64,000 nucleotides of DNA from an uncultured Gemmatimonadaceae bacterium (lineage in GTDB: Bacteria > Gemmatimonadota > Gemmatimonadetes > Gemmatimonadales > Gemmatimonadaceae): the NCBI GenBank assembly GCA_963751275.1, contig CAVVTZ010000011.1:192001-256000 (forward strand). The letters run 5' to 3'. The position numbers were made by a program, and so were the translations under genes. Position 1 is the stretch's first letter. Every line of letters begins with the position of its first letter. This document shows positions 45,610 to 56,475 of this stretch, piece by piece. The notes under the pieces were generated by a model. The model was not told the DNA's origin and made no database searches. It was given only the letters and a program-made list of their open reading frames with translations.

Positions 45610-46919
45610 TGGGCTATCCGCATCGTTCGCATCCCAAGGAGACGCCGGTGCTCTCGAAGCACTTCGGCGATCCCCAGGCGAAGACGCTCGAGGGCTGGAA
45701 GCAGCGCGGCGGCTATCGCGCGCTCGAGCAGGCGCTCGGGATGTCGCCGGCCGACATCGTGAACGTGGTGAAGGAATCGGGATTGCGCGGCCGCGGCGGC
45801 GCGGGGTTCCCCACGGGGATGAAGTGGTCGTTCATGAAGCCGGGCGACGGCAAGCCGCATTATCTCTGCGTGAACGCCGACGAATCGGAGCCGGGCACCT
45901 TCAAGGACCGCGAACTGATGCGCTGGACGCCGCACGCCCTCGTGGAAGGGGCGGCGATCGCCGCGCACGCGATCGGCGCGGAGACCACGTACATCTACAT
46001 CCGCGGCGAGTTCACGGAGTGCGTGAAGACCGTGGAGGCCGCGGTCAAGGAAGCGTACGCCGCGGGCATCCTCGGCGCGCGCGCCATGGGCACCGATCAC
46101 AAGATCGAGATGCACGTGCATCGCGGCGCGGGCGCGTACATCTGCGGCGAGGAGACGGCGCTGATGAACTCGCTCGAGGGCAAGCGCGGCAATCCCCGGA
46201 TCAAGCCGCCCTTCCCGGCGGTGGCGGGGGTGTTCGGCATGCCCACCACGATCAACAACGTGGAGACGCTCTGCGCGGTGCCGCACATCCTCACGAATGG
46301 CGCCGCCTGGTACAAGGCGCTCTCGCTCTCGAGCCCGAAGAGCACCGGCACCAAGCTCTTCTCGGTGTGCGGCAACATCGCGCGCCCGGGGAACTACGAG
46401 GTCACGCTCGGCTTCCCGTTCAAGGATTTCCTGTACGACCTGTGCGGCGGGCCGCTGCCGGGACGCCGCTTCAAGGCGGTGATCCCCGGCGGATCCTCGG
46501 TGCCCATCCAGACGATGGAAGAGGCCGAGGCGACGCTGATGGACTACGAGGGGTTCGTCGCCAAGGGCACGATGCTCGGCTCGGGCGGCGTGATCGTGTT
46601 CGACGATTCCGTGTGCATGGTGAAGATGATCGCGCGGTTGGCGCGCTTCTACGCGCACGAGAGCTGTGCGCAGTGCACGCAGTGCCGCGAAGGCACGGCG
46701 TGGACCACGCGCATCCTGAACCGCATCGAGGCCGGCGGCGGCACGAAGCAGGACCTCGACACGCTGCTCGAACTCTCCGACAGCATGACGGGCAAGACGA
46801 TCTGCGTGCTGAGCGACTCGTGCGCGGCGCCGATCGTGAGCGGCATCCAGAAGTTCCGGCATGAGTTCGAGGCGCACATCAGCGGCAAGGCCTGCCCGCT
46901 GAGCGCGGCGGCGGCCTGA
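45609..46919 (+). CDS. nuoF: NADH-quinone oxidoreductase F
   Basis: GRGGAGFP, DESEPG, YICGEETAL, ESCAQCTQCREG. Confidence 0.97.
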   Translation: MGYPHRSHPKETPVLSKHFGDPQAKTLEGWKQRGGYRALEQALGMSPADIVNVVKESGLRGRGGAGFPTGMKWSFMKPGDGKPHYLCVNADESEPGTFKDRELMRWTPHALVEGAAIAAHAIGAETTYIYIRGEFTECVKTVEAAVKEAYAAGILGARAMGTDHKIEMHVHRGAGAYICGEETALMNSLEGKRGNPRIKPPFPAVAGVFGMPTTINNVETLCAVPHILTNGAAWYKALSLSSPKSTGTKLFSVCGNIARPGNYEVTLGFPFKDFLYDLCGGPLPGRRFKAVIPGGSSVPIQTMEEAEATLMDYEGFVAKGTMLGSGGVIVFDDSVCMVKMIARLARFYAHESCAQCTQCREGTAWTTRILNRIEAGGGTKQDLDTLLELSDSMTGKTICVLSDSCAAPIVSGIQKFRHEFEAHISGKACPLSAAAA

Positions 46920-48496
46920 TGGCGGACACCGCGATGGTCAACCTCACGATCGAAGGGCGCACGGTGAGCGTGCCCGCCGGCACGTCGATCCTCGAAGCGG
47001 CGAAGTACGCGGGCGTGCTGATCCCGCACTACTGCTACCATCCGTCGCTGCCCGTGGCGGGCGTGTGCCGAATGTGCCTCGTGGAAGTGGAGAAGGCGCC
47101 GAAGCTCGCGCCGGCCTGCGCGACCGCCGCCGGTGAAGGGCAGGTGGTGCACGTCTACTCCAAGGCGGCGCTCGAGGCGCGGAAGGGCGTGCTCGAGTTC
47201 CTGCTCATCAATCATCCGCTCGACTGCCCGATCTGCGACCAGGCGGGCGAGTGCGAGCTGCAGGACTACACGTTCCGCGAGGGGCGCGCCGAGGGGCGGC
47301 TGGGCCCGGAACCCAAGCGCTTCAATCCGGCGGAGGATTTCGGCGGCGACGTCCTGTACGTCACGAACCGCTGCATCCTCTGCACGCGCTGCGTGCGTTT
47401 CATGGACGACGTCGCGCACGACAACGTGCTGAATGTGAGCGAGCGCGGCGATCGCGCCGTGATCGGCAAGTTCGAAGGGCGCGACCTCACGAATCCGTGG
47501 GCCGCGAACGTGATCGACCTCTGCCCGGTGGGCGCGCTCGTCTCGAAGGATTTCCTGAACAAGGCGCGCGCGTGGGAGCTCGACCGCACGCCGAGCATCT
47601 GCCCGGGCTGCTCGCAGGGGTGCAACACCACGCTCGAGACGCGCGATAACATGGTGGTGCGCATCAAGCCGCGGCAGAACGGCGCGGTGAACCAGTTCTT
47701 CATCTGCGACACGGGCCGCTTCGACTATCGCCATTACAACCGCGCCGACCGTCTGGAGGCGCCGCTCGTGCGCCATCACGGCGACCGGCTGACCGCCGCC
47801 GACTGGGAGACATCGCTGAAGGCCGCCGCGATGCACCTGAATGGCAAGCGCGTGCACGCGGTGGTGAACCCGAAACTCTCCACCGAGTCGCTCTGGATGA
47901 TCTCGCGCCTGGTCAAGAAGACGGGCGGGCGGGGTGCGTTCCGCGTGATGCAGGGCGCCGAGGCGCCGCTGCCCGGCGTGCCGGACCTCGCGCTTCGCGC
48001 CGAGCGCGCGGCGAACGCGCGCGCGGCGGAGATGTTCGGCTTCACGCGCTCTGACCGGCCGCTCGATGGGATCCAGCAGGGTGACGTGCTCCTGATCGCC
48101 GAGGACGAGCTCTCCGACGCCGACACGGCCGCCCTCGCGCGCGCGAGCGCGGTGATCGTCATCGGCACGCACCTGAGCGACGCCGTGCGCAGTGCGATCA
48201 TCGCGCTGCCCGCGACGAATATGGCCGAAGAGGATGGCACCTTCGTGAATCTCCGCGGCCGCGTCCAGCGGTACCAGCAGGCGAAGGCGGCGCCGGGCAT
48301 GGCGCGCCCCGTCTGGTGGGCGATGGCGGATCTCCTCGCCTATCTCGGCGAGAGCGCGAACTACTTCACGGCGGCCGATGCGTTCGCGGCGCTTGCGGGT
48401 GTGCGCCCGGAGTTCGCCGGCCTGAGCTACGATGCCTTGGGGACGTCGGGCCGGATGCTCCAGGGCGCCGCCGCTCCCGCGGGAGCCGCGCGATGA
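46919..48496 (+). CDS. nuoG: NADH-quinone oxidoreductase G (short, 525 aa)
   Basis: CYH..CRMC, HPLDCPICDQAGEC, CILCTRC, CPGCSQGC. Confidence 0.93.
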   Translation: MADTAMVNLTIEGRTVSVPAGTSILEAAKYAGVLIPHYCYHPSLPVAGVCRMCLVEVEKAPKLAPACATAAGEGQVVHVYSKAALEARKGVLEFLLINHPLDCPICDQAGECELQDYTFREGRAEGRLGPEPKRFNPAEDFGGDVLYVTNRCILCTRCVRFMDDVAHDNVLNVSERGDRAVIGKFEGRDLTNPWAANVIDLCPVGALVSKDFLNKARAWELDRTPSICPGCSQGCNTTLETRDNMVVRIKPRQNGAVNQFFICDTGRFDYRHYNRADRLEAPLVRHHGDRLTAADWETSLKAAAMHLNGKRVHAVVNPKLSTESLWMISRLVKKTGGRGAFRVMQGAEAPLPGVPDLALRAERAANARAAEMFGFTRSDRPLDGIQQGDVLLIAEDELSDADTAALARASAVIVIGTHLSDAVRSAIIALPATNMAEEDGTFVNLRGRVQRYQQAKAAPGMARPVWWAMADLLAYLGESANYFTAADAFAALAGVRPEFAGLSYDALGTSGRMLQGAAAPAGAAR

Positions 48497-49821
48497 AGGG
48501 ATCGTTCGCGCTCCTCGCGCTCCAGCAGTACTGGGACCCGAACGCCGCGGTGTCGGGCGTGCCCTGGCTGATCGCCGCGGTCGTGAAGATGCTCATCGTC
48601 TTCACCATCCTGATGGTGGGCGTCGCGATGCTCACGCTCGCGGAGCGGAAGATCTCGGCGTGGATCCAGGACCGCTACGGCCCGAATCGCGTGGGACCGA
48701 GCGGACTGCTCCAGCCGGCGGCCGACGGCCTCAAGAACATCATGAAGGAGGAGACGTATCCCGCCGGCGCGAACATGGCGCTCTTCATCATCGCGCCCAT
48801 CCTCTCGTTCATTCCGGCGCTGATCACCTTCTCGGTGATCCCCTTCGGCTCGCCCTTCCCGACGCCGTGGGGATACGTGCCGCTCGTGATCGGGGAGGTG
48901 CCGATCGGATTCCTGTTCATCATCGCGATCTCCTCGATCGGCGTGTACGGCGTGGTGCTCGCGGGGTGGAGCTCGAACAACAAGTACGCGCTGCTCGGCG
49001 GGCTGCGCTCGAGCGCGCAGATGATCAGCTACGAGATCGCGATGGGGATGTCGCTCGTCGCGGTGCTGCTCATGTCCGGCAACGTCTCGCTCGGCGCGAT
49101 CGTGCGCCAGCAGCAGACGATGGGCTGGAACTGTTTCCCGCTGCTGATCGGGATGTTCATCTTCCTCGTGGCGGGTTTCGCCGAGACGAACCGGCTGCCC
49201 TTCGACCTCCCCGAGGCGGAATCGGAGCTGATCGCCGGGTACCACACCGAGTACAGCGCGATGAAGTTCTCGATGTTCTTCATCGCCGAGTACTCGAACA
49301 TGGTGACCGTGTGCGCGCTGATGGTCACGCTGTTCTGGGGCGGATGGGACATCCCGATGACGCAATGGGACAACATCCCGCCGTGGACGGTGCTGAAGAG
49401 TCTCGCGACGATGGCGTTCTTCTCGGTGAAGATGGTGTTCTTCCTGTTCGCCTTCATGTGGGTGCGCTGGACGCTGCCGCGGTTCCGGTACGATCAGTTG
49501 ATGTCGCTCGGATGGCGCTTCCTGCTGCCGCTCTCGCTGGGGTACATCACGGTCACGGCGACCGCGATCCTCGGGCTCGATTGGCTCGGAGTGCAGCGCG
49601 GCGTGCCGGCGAGCGGCTTCATGCATTCCATCGGCGCGTCGCCGTTCTGGGCGGCGCTGGGTTTCCTGAACGTGCTGCTGGCGGTCGGTGTGTTCTTCAT
49701 CCTCGACCGCGGCCGCATCCTGAGCCCCGCGTATTCGCGCATCTCGATGCGCCAGCTCGCCGCGCTCCGCGCGATGAGCGTGGCGTCCCCGATCTCCCCG
49801 CCGGTCTCGGAGACCGACTGA
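48493..49821 (+). CDS. nuoH: NADH-quinone oxidoreductase H
   Basis: ERK, GPNRVG, QPAADGLK, PFDLPEAESEL, PRFRYDQLM. Confidence 0.96.
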   Translation: MKGSFALLALQQYWDPNAAVSGVPWLIAAVVKMLIVFTILMVGVAMLTLAERKISAWIQDRYGPNRVGPSGLLQPAADGLKNIMKEETYPAGANMALFIIAPILSFIPALITFSVIPFGSPFPTPWGYVPLVIGEVPIGFLFIIAISSIGVYGVVLAGWSSNNKYALLGGLRSSAQMISYEIAMGMSLVAVLLMSGNVSLGAIVRQQQTMGWNCFPLLIGMFIFLVAGFAETNRLPFDLPEAESELIAGYHTEYSAMKFSMFFIAEYSNMVTVCALMVTLFWGGWDIPMTQWDNIPPWTVLKSLATMAFFSVKMVFFLFAFMWVRWTLPRFRYDQLMSLGWRFLLPLSLGYITVTATAILGLDWLGVQRGVPASGFMHSIGASPFWAALGFLNVLLAVGVFFILDRGRILSPAYSRISMRQLAALRAMSVASPISPPVSETD

Positions 49822-49822
49822 C

Positions 49823-50320
49823 ATGCCGATCCAGGTGAAGGTCGTGCCGCGCCCGATCGCCGAGGCGAGCTACGTCCGCGCGATGCTGAGCGGGCTCGCG
49901 CTCACGTTCAAGCACATGGTGAACCCGCACAAGGTGACGCTCCAGTTCCCCGAGGAGAAATGGGACCTGTCGCCGCGTTGGCGCGGCACGCACCGGATGC
50001 TCACCGACGAGACGGGGAAGGCCAAGTGCGTCGCCTGTGGCCTCTGTCCGCAGGTGTGCCCCGCGAACTGCATCAAGCTCGTGCCGGGCGAGGACGAGGA
50101 AGGGAACCGCTATCCGCTCGTGTACGAGATCGATGAGTTCCGCTGCATCTTCTGCGGCTATTGCCAGGAAGTGTGCCCGGAGGAGGCGATCCACGTGGGG
50201 CGGCACTATGAGAACGCGGAGTACAGCCGCGACCGCTTCGTCTACGATCTGCCGCGCCTGATGGCGCAGACGCATCCGGTGTCCGAGCTGTGGGACCCGG
50301 CCTACCCGAAGGGCGAATGA
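49823..50320 (+). CDS. nuoI: NADH-quinone oxidoreductase I
   Basis: CVACGLCPQVCP and CIFCGYCQEVCP. Confidence 0.96.
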   Translation: MPIQVKVVPRPIAEASYVRAMLSGLALTFKHMVNPHKVTLQFPEEKWDLSPRWRGTHRMLTDETGKAKCVACGLCPQVCPANCIKLVPGEDEEGNRYPLVYEIDEFRCIFCGYCQEVCPEEAIHVGRHYENAEYSRDRFVYDLPRLMAQTHPVSELWDPAYPKGE

Positions 50321-50829
50321 ACCACGGCCTCGTCTTCCAGTTCCACTTCTATCTCTTCGGCATCCTCGCGGTGGCGGGAGCGCTGCTGTTCGTCACGCGC
50401 AGGAGTCCGGTGGCCGCCGCGCTCTGGCTGGTCAATGTGATGTTCTGCATCTCGGCGATGTTCCTGATGCTCGACGCGCAGTTCATCGCGGCGATCCAGG
50501 TGCTCGTGTACGCCGGTGCCATCATGGTCGTGTTCATGTTCGTGGTCATGCTGCTGAACCTCGGCAGCCCCTCGGACGTCGCGGACCTCCGCGGACGCGG
50601 CGTGCGCATCACCGCCGGGATCGTGGGGCTGGCGATGCTCGCCGAGGTGCTCGTGCTCGCGCGCGCCCAACTGCCGCCGGTGCTCGACGCGCCGTCCGCG
50701 GGCGCGAACGTCACGACGGCCATCGCCGGCCCGCTCTTCCGGGAATACCTGCTGCCGTTCGAGCTGACCAGCGTGCTGCTCCTCGCCGCGATCGTCGGCG
50801 CGGTGGTGCTCGCCAAGCGGAAGGTGTGA
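50317..50829 (+). CDS. nuoJ: NADH-quinone oxidoreductase J
   Basis: QVLVYAGAIMV, PFELTSVLLL. Confidence 0.94.
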   Translation: MNHGLVFQFHFYLFGILAVAGALLFVTRRSPVAAALWLVNVMFCISAMFLMLDAQFIAAIQVLVYAGAIMVVFMFVVMLLNLGSPSDVADLRGRGVRITAGIVGLAMLAEVLVLARAQLPPVLDAPSAGANVTTAIAGPLFREYLLPFELTSVLLLAAIVGAVVLAKRKV

Positions 50830-50832
50830 GCG

Positions 50833-51126
50833 ATGGTCACTGAGGCCCTCTTCTTCTCGGCCATCCTGTTCGTGATCGGCGTCGTGGGCGTCCTCACGCG
50901 CCGGAACGCGATCCTGATCTTCATGTGCGTCGAGCTCATGCTCAACGCGGTGAATCTGTCGTTCATCGCGTTCTCCCGGCTGCATGGCGTGGCCGGCCAG
51001 GTGTTCGTCGTATTCGTGATGACCGTCGCCGCGGCCGAGGCCGCCGTCGGGCTCGCGATCATCATCTCGATCTTCCGGCACTACGAGAGTGTCGACCTCC
51101 GCAACATCAATCTCCTGAAAGGGTGA
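50833..51126 (+). CDS. nuoK: NADH-quinone oxidoreductase K
   Basis: [18 protein letters not shown]. Confidence 0.96.
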   Translation: MVTEALFFSAILFVIGVVGVLTRRNAILIFMCVELMLNAVNLSFIAFSRLHGVAGQVFVVFVMTVAAAEAAVGLAIIISIFRHYESVDLRNINLLKG

Positions 51127-53338
51127 TGCCCCTGCCGCTCATTCTTGCCGTGGCGGGGATGCAACCGCTGGCGGGCAGCGCCGCGGATTGGCTCTGGCTG
51201 CTGCCCGTGCTGCCGCTCCTCGGCTTCGTGGTTAATGGATTGCTCTCGGTGGCCGGCTCGTACCACGTGGGTCCGGCCGATCCGTCGGCGGCGGCGCACG
51301 GGAGCACCGACTTGCACGACGCTGCACACGGGAGCGCGCACGGGAGCGCGCACGGGAGCGCGCACGGCGACGATCATCATGCCTCGGTGCGCCATCGCTT
51401 CGCCGGCGCGGCGACGATCATCGGACCGGCGGTGCTGATCGCGGCGTTCGGACTCGCACTCGCGATCTTCTCGGCGATGCTCGGGGCGGGGGAGCTGCAT
51501 CAGCCGCTCGTGCAGCGCTACTTCAGCTGGATGCCGGTGGGCGACCTGCAGATCGACTTCGCCTTCCAGCTCGACCAGCTGTCGATGGTGATGGTGCTCG
51601 TGATCACGGGCGTCGGCAGCCTGATCCATCTGTTCAGCGTCGGCTACATGCGCGAGGATCCCGGCTATCCGCGCTTCTTCGCCTACCTGAATCTGTTCGT
51701 CGCCTTCATGCTCGTGCTGGTGCTCGGCGCGAGCTACCCGGTGCTGTTCATCGGGTGGGAAGGCGTCGGACTCTGCTCGTATCTGCTCATCGGGTTCTGG
51801 TTCACGGACCAGGCGAACGCCGACGCAGGCAAGAAGGCGTTCATCGTCAACCGGATCGGCGACTTCGGCTTCCTGGTCGCGATGTTCATGCTGTGGACGA
51901 ATCTGCACGCGCTCGATTTCGCGGGCGTGCAGGCGGCGGCGCCGGCGCTCGAGATGGGCGGCGCGCTCGTCACGGCGATCTGTCTCTTCATGTTCCTCGG
52001 CTGTACCGGCAAGAGCGCCCAGATCCCGCTGTATATCTGGCTGCCCGACGCGATGGCGGGACCGACGCCGGTGTCCGCGCTGATCCACGCGGCGACGATG
52101 GTCACCGCGGGCGTGTATCTGATCGCGCGCAGCGGCTTCCTCTTCGCGATGGCGCCCGTGGCGGGACTCACCGTGGCCGTCGTCGGCGCGGTGACGGCGC
52201 TGTTCGCGGCGACGATCGCGAATGAAGCAGTGGGACATCAAGAAGGTGCTCGCGTACTCCACCGTTTCGCAGCTCGGCTACATGTTCGTCGGCGGTCGGG
52301 GTGGGCGCATACGCGGCGGGGATGTTCCACCTCGTGACGCATGCGTTCTTCAAGGCGCTGCTCTTCCTCGGCGCCGGGTCCGTGATCCACGCGATGCACG
52401 CGGCCTATCACCACGCCGGCAGCGACGACGATGCGCAGGACATGCGCAACATGGGCGGGCTGAAGAAGTACATGCCCTGGACGTTCGTGCTCATGTGGAT
52501 CGCGACGCTCGCGATCTCGGGGATCCCGCTCTTCTCCGGTTTCTTCTCGAAGGACGGCATCCTCACGGCGGCCCTCGAGCGCTCCGAGGGATCGACGCTG
52601 GCGAGCGCGAGCCTGCTGGGGATCCCCGGACACGCGGTGCTGGTGGGCGTGTACGCGATGGGCCTCGCCGCGGCGTTGCTCACGGCGATCTACATGACGC
52701 GGTTGATGCTCTACACCTTCCACGGCCCCAACCGTACTGGCGAGCAGGAACGCGCCGCGCTGCACGAGGCGCCCTGGATCATGACCGGCCCGCTCGTGGT
52801 GCTCGGCGTGCTGGCGGCCGTGGGCGGTTGGCTGAACGTCCCCGCGCTGCTGCATTTCCTGGGGCCGGTCGGACTGCTCGAGCACTGGCTGGCGCCCGTG
52901 ACCGGCGCCGCCATGGCGGCGGTCGGCGCTCCGGCCGAGGTCGCCGTGAGCACCGAATGGCTGTTGATCGGTGTCGCGGTGGCGATCGCCATCACCGGCA
53001 TGGCGATCGCGTTCGTGCGGCTCAAGCCCGCCGTGCTCGTCCCGAAGCGCATGGCGCGCCCCGAGACGGGCTTCGGTCTCGTGCTCGAGAACAAGTATTA
53101 CGTGGACGAGATCTACGACCGTGTGATCGTCTCGCCCGTGGTGGACGGATCGCGCGTGCTCCTGTGGAAGGTGGCCGATCAAGGGATCATCGACGGGCTG
53201 TTCGTGAATGGCGCGGCGCTCGTGTCGCGCGCGTTGGGCTGGATCGGGTCGCGATTGGAGACCGGCCAGTTGGGCGAGTACGCCTGGGCGCTCGCGCTCG
53301 GAGCGCTCGCCGTGATCGCCGCCTTCATCCGCCGCTGA
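51126..53338 (+). CDS. nuoL: NADH-quinone oxidoreductase L (apparent frameshifts near 52220 and 52295)
   Basis: WEGVG, NRIGD, WLPDAMAGPTPVSALIHAATMV, HAFFKALLF. Confidence 0.95.
51295..51380 (+). repeat. Coding 12-bp tandem repeat (AHGS)n in nuoL
   Basis: GCGCACGGGAGC units encode AAHGSTDLHDAAHGSAHGSAHGSAHGDDHH. Confidence 0.85.
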
Positions 53339-53341
53339 CCG

Positions 53342-54907
53342 ATGCGTGAATTCCTGATCTCCTCCGGGTACGAATACTGGATCCTGCCGGCGCTGCTGCT
53401 CATCCCGCTCGCCGGGTCGCTGGTGCTGCTGCTCATGGGCGCCGGCGCGCGCGACGACGGCGGCATCGAGGGTGCGGGCTCGGCGCGGTGGGTCGCGCTG
53501 ATCACGTTCACGGCCGAATTCGTGCTGAGCCTCGGCCTCTGGTGGACCTTCGATCCGCACGCCGTCGGCTGGCAGAACGCCTGGCAAGCGCAGTGGATCG
53601 TTCCGTGGCACGCGAACATCACGCTCGGGATCGACGGGCTCTCCCTGTTCATGATCCTGCTGACGACCTTCCTCATGCCGCTCGTCGTGCTCGGCGGCTG
53701 GACGAGCGTCCGCAAGAAGCTGCGCACGTACTACGCGCTGATGCTGGTGCTCACCACCGGCATGCTCGGCGTCTTCATGGCGCTGGACATGCTGCTCTTC
53801 TATGTGATGTGGGAAGTGATGCTCGTGCCGATGTACTTCATCATCGGCATCTGGGGCGGGGAACGCCGGATCTACGCCAGCATCAAGTTCTTCATCTACA
53901 CGATGATCGGGTCGCTCCTGATGCTGGTCGCGATCATCTACATGTGGAACGCCGCCGGGCAGAACTTCAGTTACGAGATGATGCGCACGTTGGCGTTCGG
54001 CCCGCGCACCTCGCTGCTGCTCTTCACCGCCTTTGCGCTCGCGTTCGCGGTGAAGGTGCCGATGTTCCCGTTCCACACCTGGCTGCCGGATGCGCACGTC
54101 GAGGCGCCCACCGGCGGATCGGTCGTGCTGGCGTCCATCATGCTGAAGATGGGGACGTACGGGTTCCTGCGCTTCGCCGTGCCGTTCTTCCCGCTGGTGG
54201 CGATGACGCCGTTCGTGCGCAACCTCATCCTCGCTCTCGCGGTGATCGGCATCATCTACGGCGCGCTCGTCGCGCTCGTGCAGCCGGACTTCAAGAAGCT
54301 CGTCGCGTACTCCTCGGTGAGCCATCTGGGGTTCGTGATGCTGGGCATCTTCGCCTTCAGCGTCCATGGCGTGCAGGGTGCGCTGATGGTCATGATCAAC
54401 CACGGGATCTCGACCGGCGCACTCTTCTTCCTCATCGGCATGCTCTACGAGCGCCGGCACACGCACCTGATCGCGGCGTTCGGCGGGATCACGAAGGTCG
54501 CGCCGCTCTTCGGGGCGTTCCTGGTGCTCGTGACGCTCTCGAGCATCGGCCTGCCGGGGACCAACGGCTTCGTGGGTGAGTTCCTCGTCCTGCTCGGCGC
54601 GTACGAGACGCAGCCGGTGCTCGCGGTGATCGCGACCACCGGCGTGATCTTCGCCGCGGCGTACCTGCTCTGGGCCATCCAGCGCGTGCTCTTCGGCAAG
54701 AACACGAATCCCGAGAATGCGCACCTCACCGACCTCAATTGGCGCGAGCTCACGGTCATGAGCGCGCTCACCATCGTGATCCTCTGGCTCGGCCTGTATC
54801 CGAAGCCGGTGCTCGACCGGATGCAGCCCGCGGCGGAACAGTTCGTTCGCTCCGTGGAGCACGCGCCCACGGGCCCGGTCGTGAACGGCCGCAGGGGGGC
54901 GCGCTAA
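53342..54907 (+). CDS. nuoM: NADH-quinone oxidoreductase M
   Basis: WLPDAHVEAP, LKMGTYG, AYSSVSH, LPGTNGFVGE. Confidence 0.96.
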   Translation: MREFLISSGYEYWILPALLLIPLAGSLVLLLMGAGARDDGGIEGAGSARWVALITFTAEFVLSLGLWWTFDPHAVGWQNAWQAQWIVPWHANITLGIDGLSLFMILLTTFLMPLVVLGGWTSVRKKLRTYYALMLVLTTGMLGVFMALDMLLFYVMWEVMLVPMYFIIGIWGGERRIYASIKFFIYTMIGSLLMLVAIIYMWNAAGQNFSYEMMRTLAFGPRTSLLLFTAFALAFAVKVPMFPFHTWLPDAHVEAPTGGSVVLASIMLKMGTYGFLRFAVPFFPLVAMTPFVRNLILALAVIGIIYGALVALVQPDFKKLVAYSSVSHLGFVMLGIFAFSVHGVQGALMVMINHGISTGALFFLIGMLYERRHTHLIAAFGGITKVAPLFGAFLVLVTLSSIGLPGTNGFVGEFLVLLGAYETQPVLAVIATTGVIFAAAYLLWAIQRVLFGKNTNPENAHLTDLNWRELTVMSALTIVILWLGLYPKPVLDRMQPAAEQFVRSVEHAPTGPVVNGRRGAR

Positions 54908-56429
54908 ATGTCCTTCGACCTGTCGATCCCCGGCCAGCTCGCGGCGGCGCTGACGCCCGACATGATCCTCATCGCGGGCGCGATGGCGCTGTTGCTCATC
55001 GTCGTCTGGCGTCCCGAGTCCGCGGCGCGCGACCGATCCGCCGGCGTACTCGCGCTGATCCTCTGTGCGATCACCGCCGCCTCCGTGATCTGGATGGCCG
55101 TCAGCGGCGCCAGCGCCGGGCCTGGCATGATCGCGGTGGACGGTTTCCGTTGGACGGTGGACTTGCTCGTGCTGCTCGCCACCGCGATCACCATCGCGCT
55201 CTCGATGGATGACAATCGCCGTGAGGGGATCGCGCTCGGCGAGGGGTACGTCATGGTACTCTTCGCGGCGGCGGGCATGATGGTGCTCGCCGCGGCGCGC
55301 GACCTGATCCTCGTCTTCCTCGGCATCGAGCTGATGTCGATCGCCGTGTATGTGCTGGCCGGCCTCAATCGCCGCAGCGCGCGCGCCGCCGAGGCGTCCC
55401 TCAAGTACTTCCTGCTCGGGGCGTTCGCCACCGGGTTCCTGCTCTATGGCATTGCCCTCGTGTACGGCGCCACGGGCTCCACGCAATTCAGCGCGATCGG
55501 CTCCCCGCAGAATGCTGCGCCGGGCATGTCGATCGTGCTGCTCGTGGGCGTGGCGATGCTCGTGGTGGGCTTCGGCTTCAAGATCGCCGCCGTTCCATTC
55601 CATATGTGGACGCCGGACGTCTACGAGGGCGCGCCCACGCCGTACACGGCATTCATGGCCGCCGGGGTCAAGACCGCCGCGTTCGCCGCGCTCATCCGCC
55701 TCTGGCTGGAGGCGTTCCCCGGGATCCGTGAGCATTGGATCCCCGTGATCTGGTGGCTCGCGGCGGCGACGATGATCTTCGGCAACCTCGTCGCGCTGCA
55801 GCAGAAGAACGTGAAGCGCATGCTGGCGTACTCGAGCATCGCGCACGCGGGCTATCTGCTCGTCGCGCTCGCAGCGGGGACCATCGCCGCCACATCGCAC
55901 GCTCGTCTTCTACATGGTCGCCTACACGTTGGCGACGATGGGCGCCTTCGCGGTGGTCGTCGCGGTGAGCCGGCCGGGGGAGCGGGGCCAGCGCGTGAGC
56001 GATCTCGAGGGGCTCTGGCAGTCCAGGCCGTGGCTCGCGTCGGCGATGGCGGTGTTCATGATGTCGCTGCTCGGCTTTCCGATCGCGGGCGGCATGGGCT
56101 TCTGGGCGAAGTGGTACGTGCTGAAGACGGCGCTCACCGGCGCGGTACCGCAGAATGCGCTCGCGGTGATTCTCGTGCTCACGAGCGTGATCTCCGCGGG
56201 CTACTATCTCGGCATCGTGCTGACGATGTACATGAAGCCGCTGGCGCCGGACGCGCCCCCCGCCGCTCCGACGCCGCGCCTCACCGGCTGGGTGATCGGG
56301 ATCTCGGCGGCCGCGCTGCTCTACTTCGGCGCGAATCCGGAATTCATGGTGCGTTTGGCGATCCTCAGCACGTCGGCGCCGACGCACCTGCAGCCGCCGT
56401 CGGGTCCGTCCTTCTTCCGGAAGCCGTAG
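54908..56429 (+). CDS. nuoN: NADH-quinone oxidoreductase N (apparent frameshift near 55895)
   Basis: EASLKYF, PFHMWTPDVYEGAP, KRMLAYSSIAH. Confidence 0.95.
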
Positions 56430-56475
56430 CGCCGGCGGCCGCCTCGCCGCGGTCTCGCAGCGCCACGCCGCTCTC

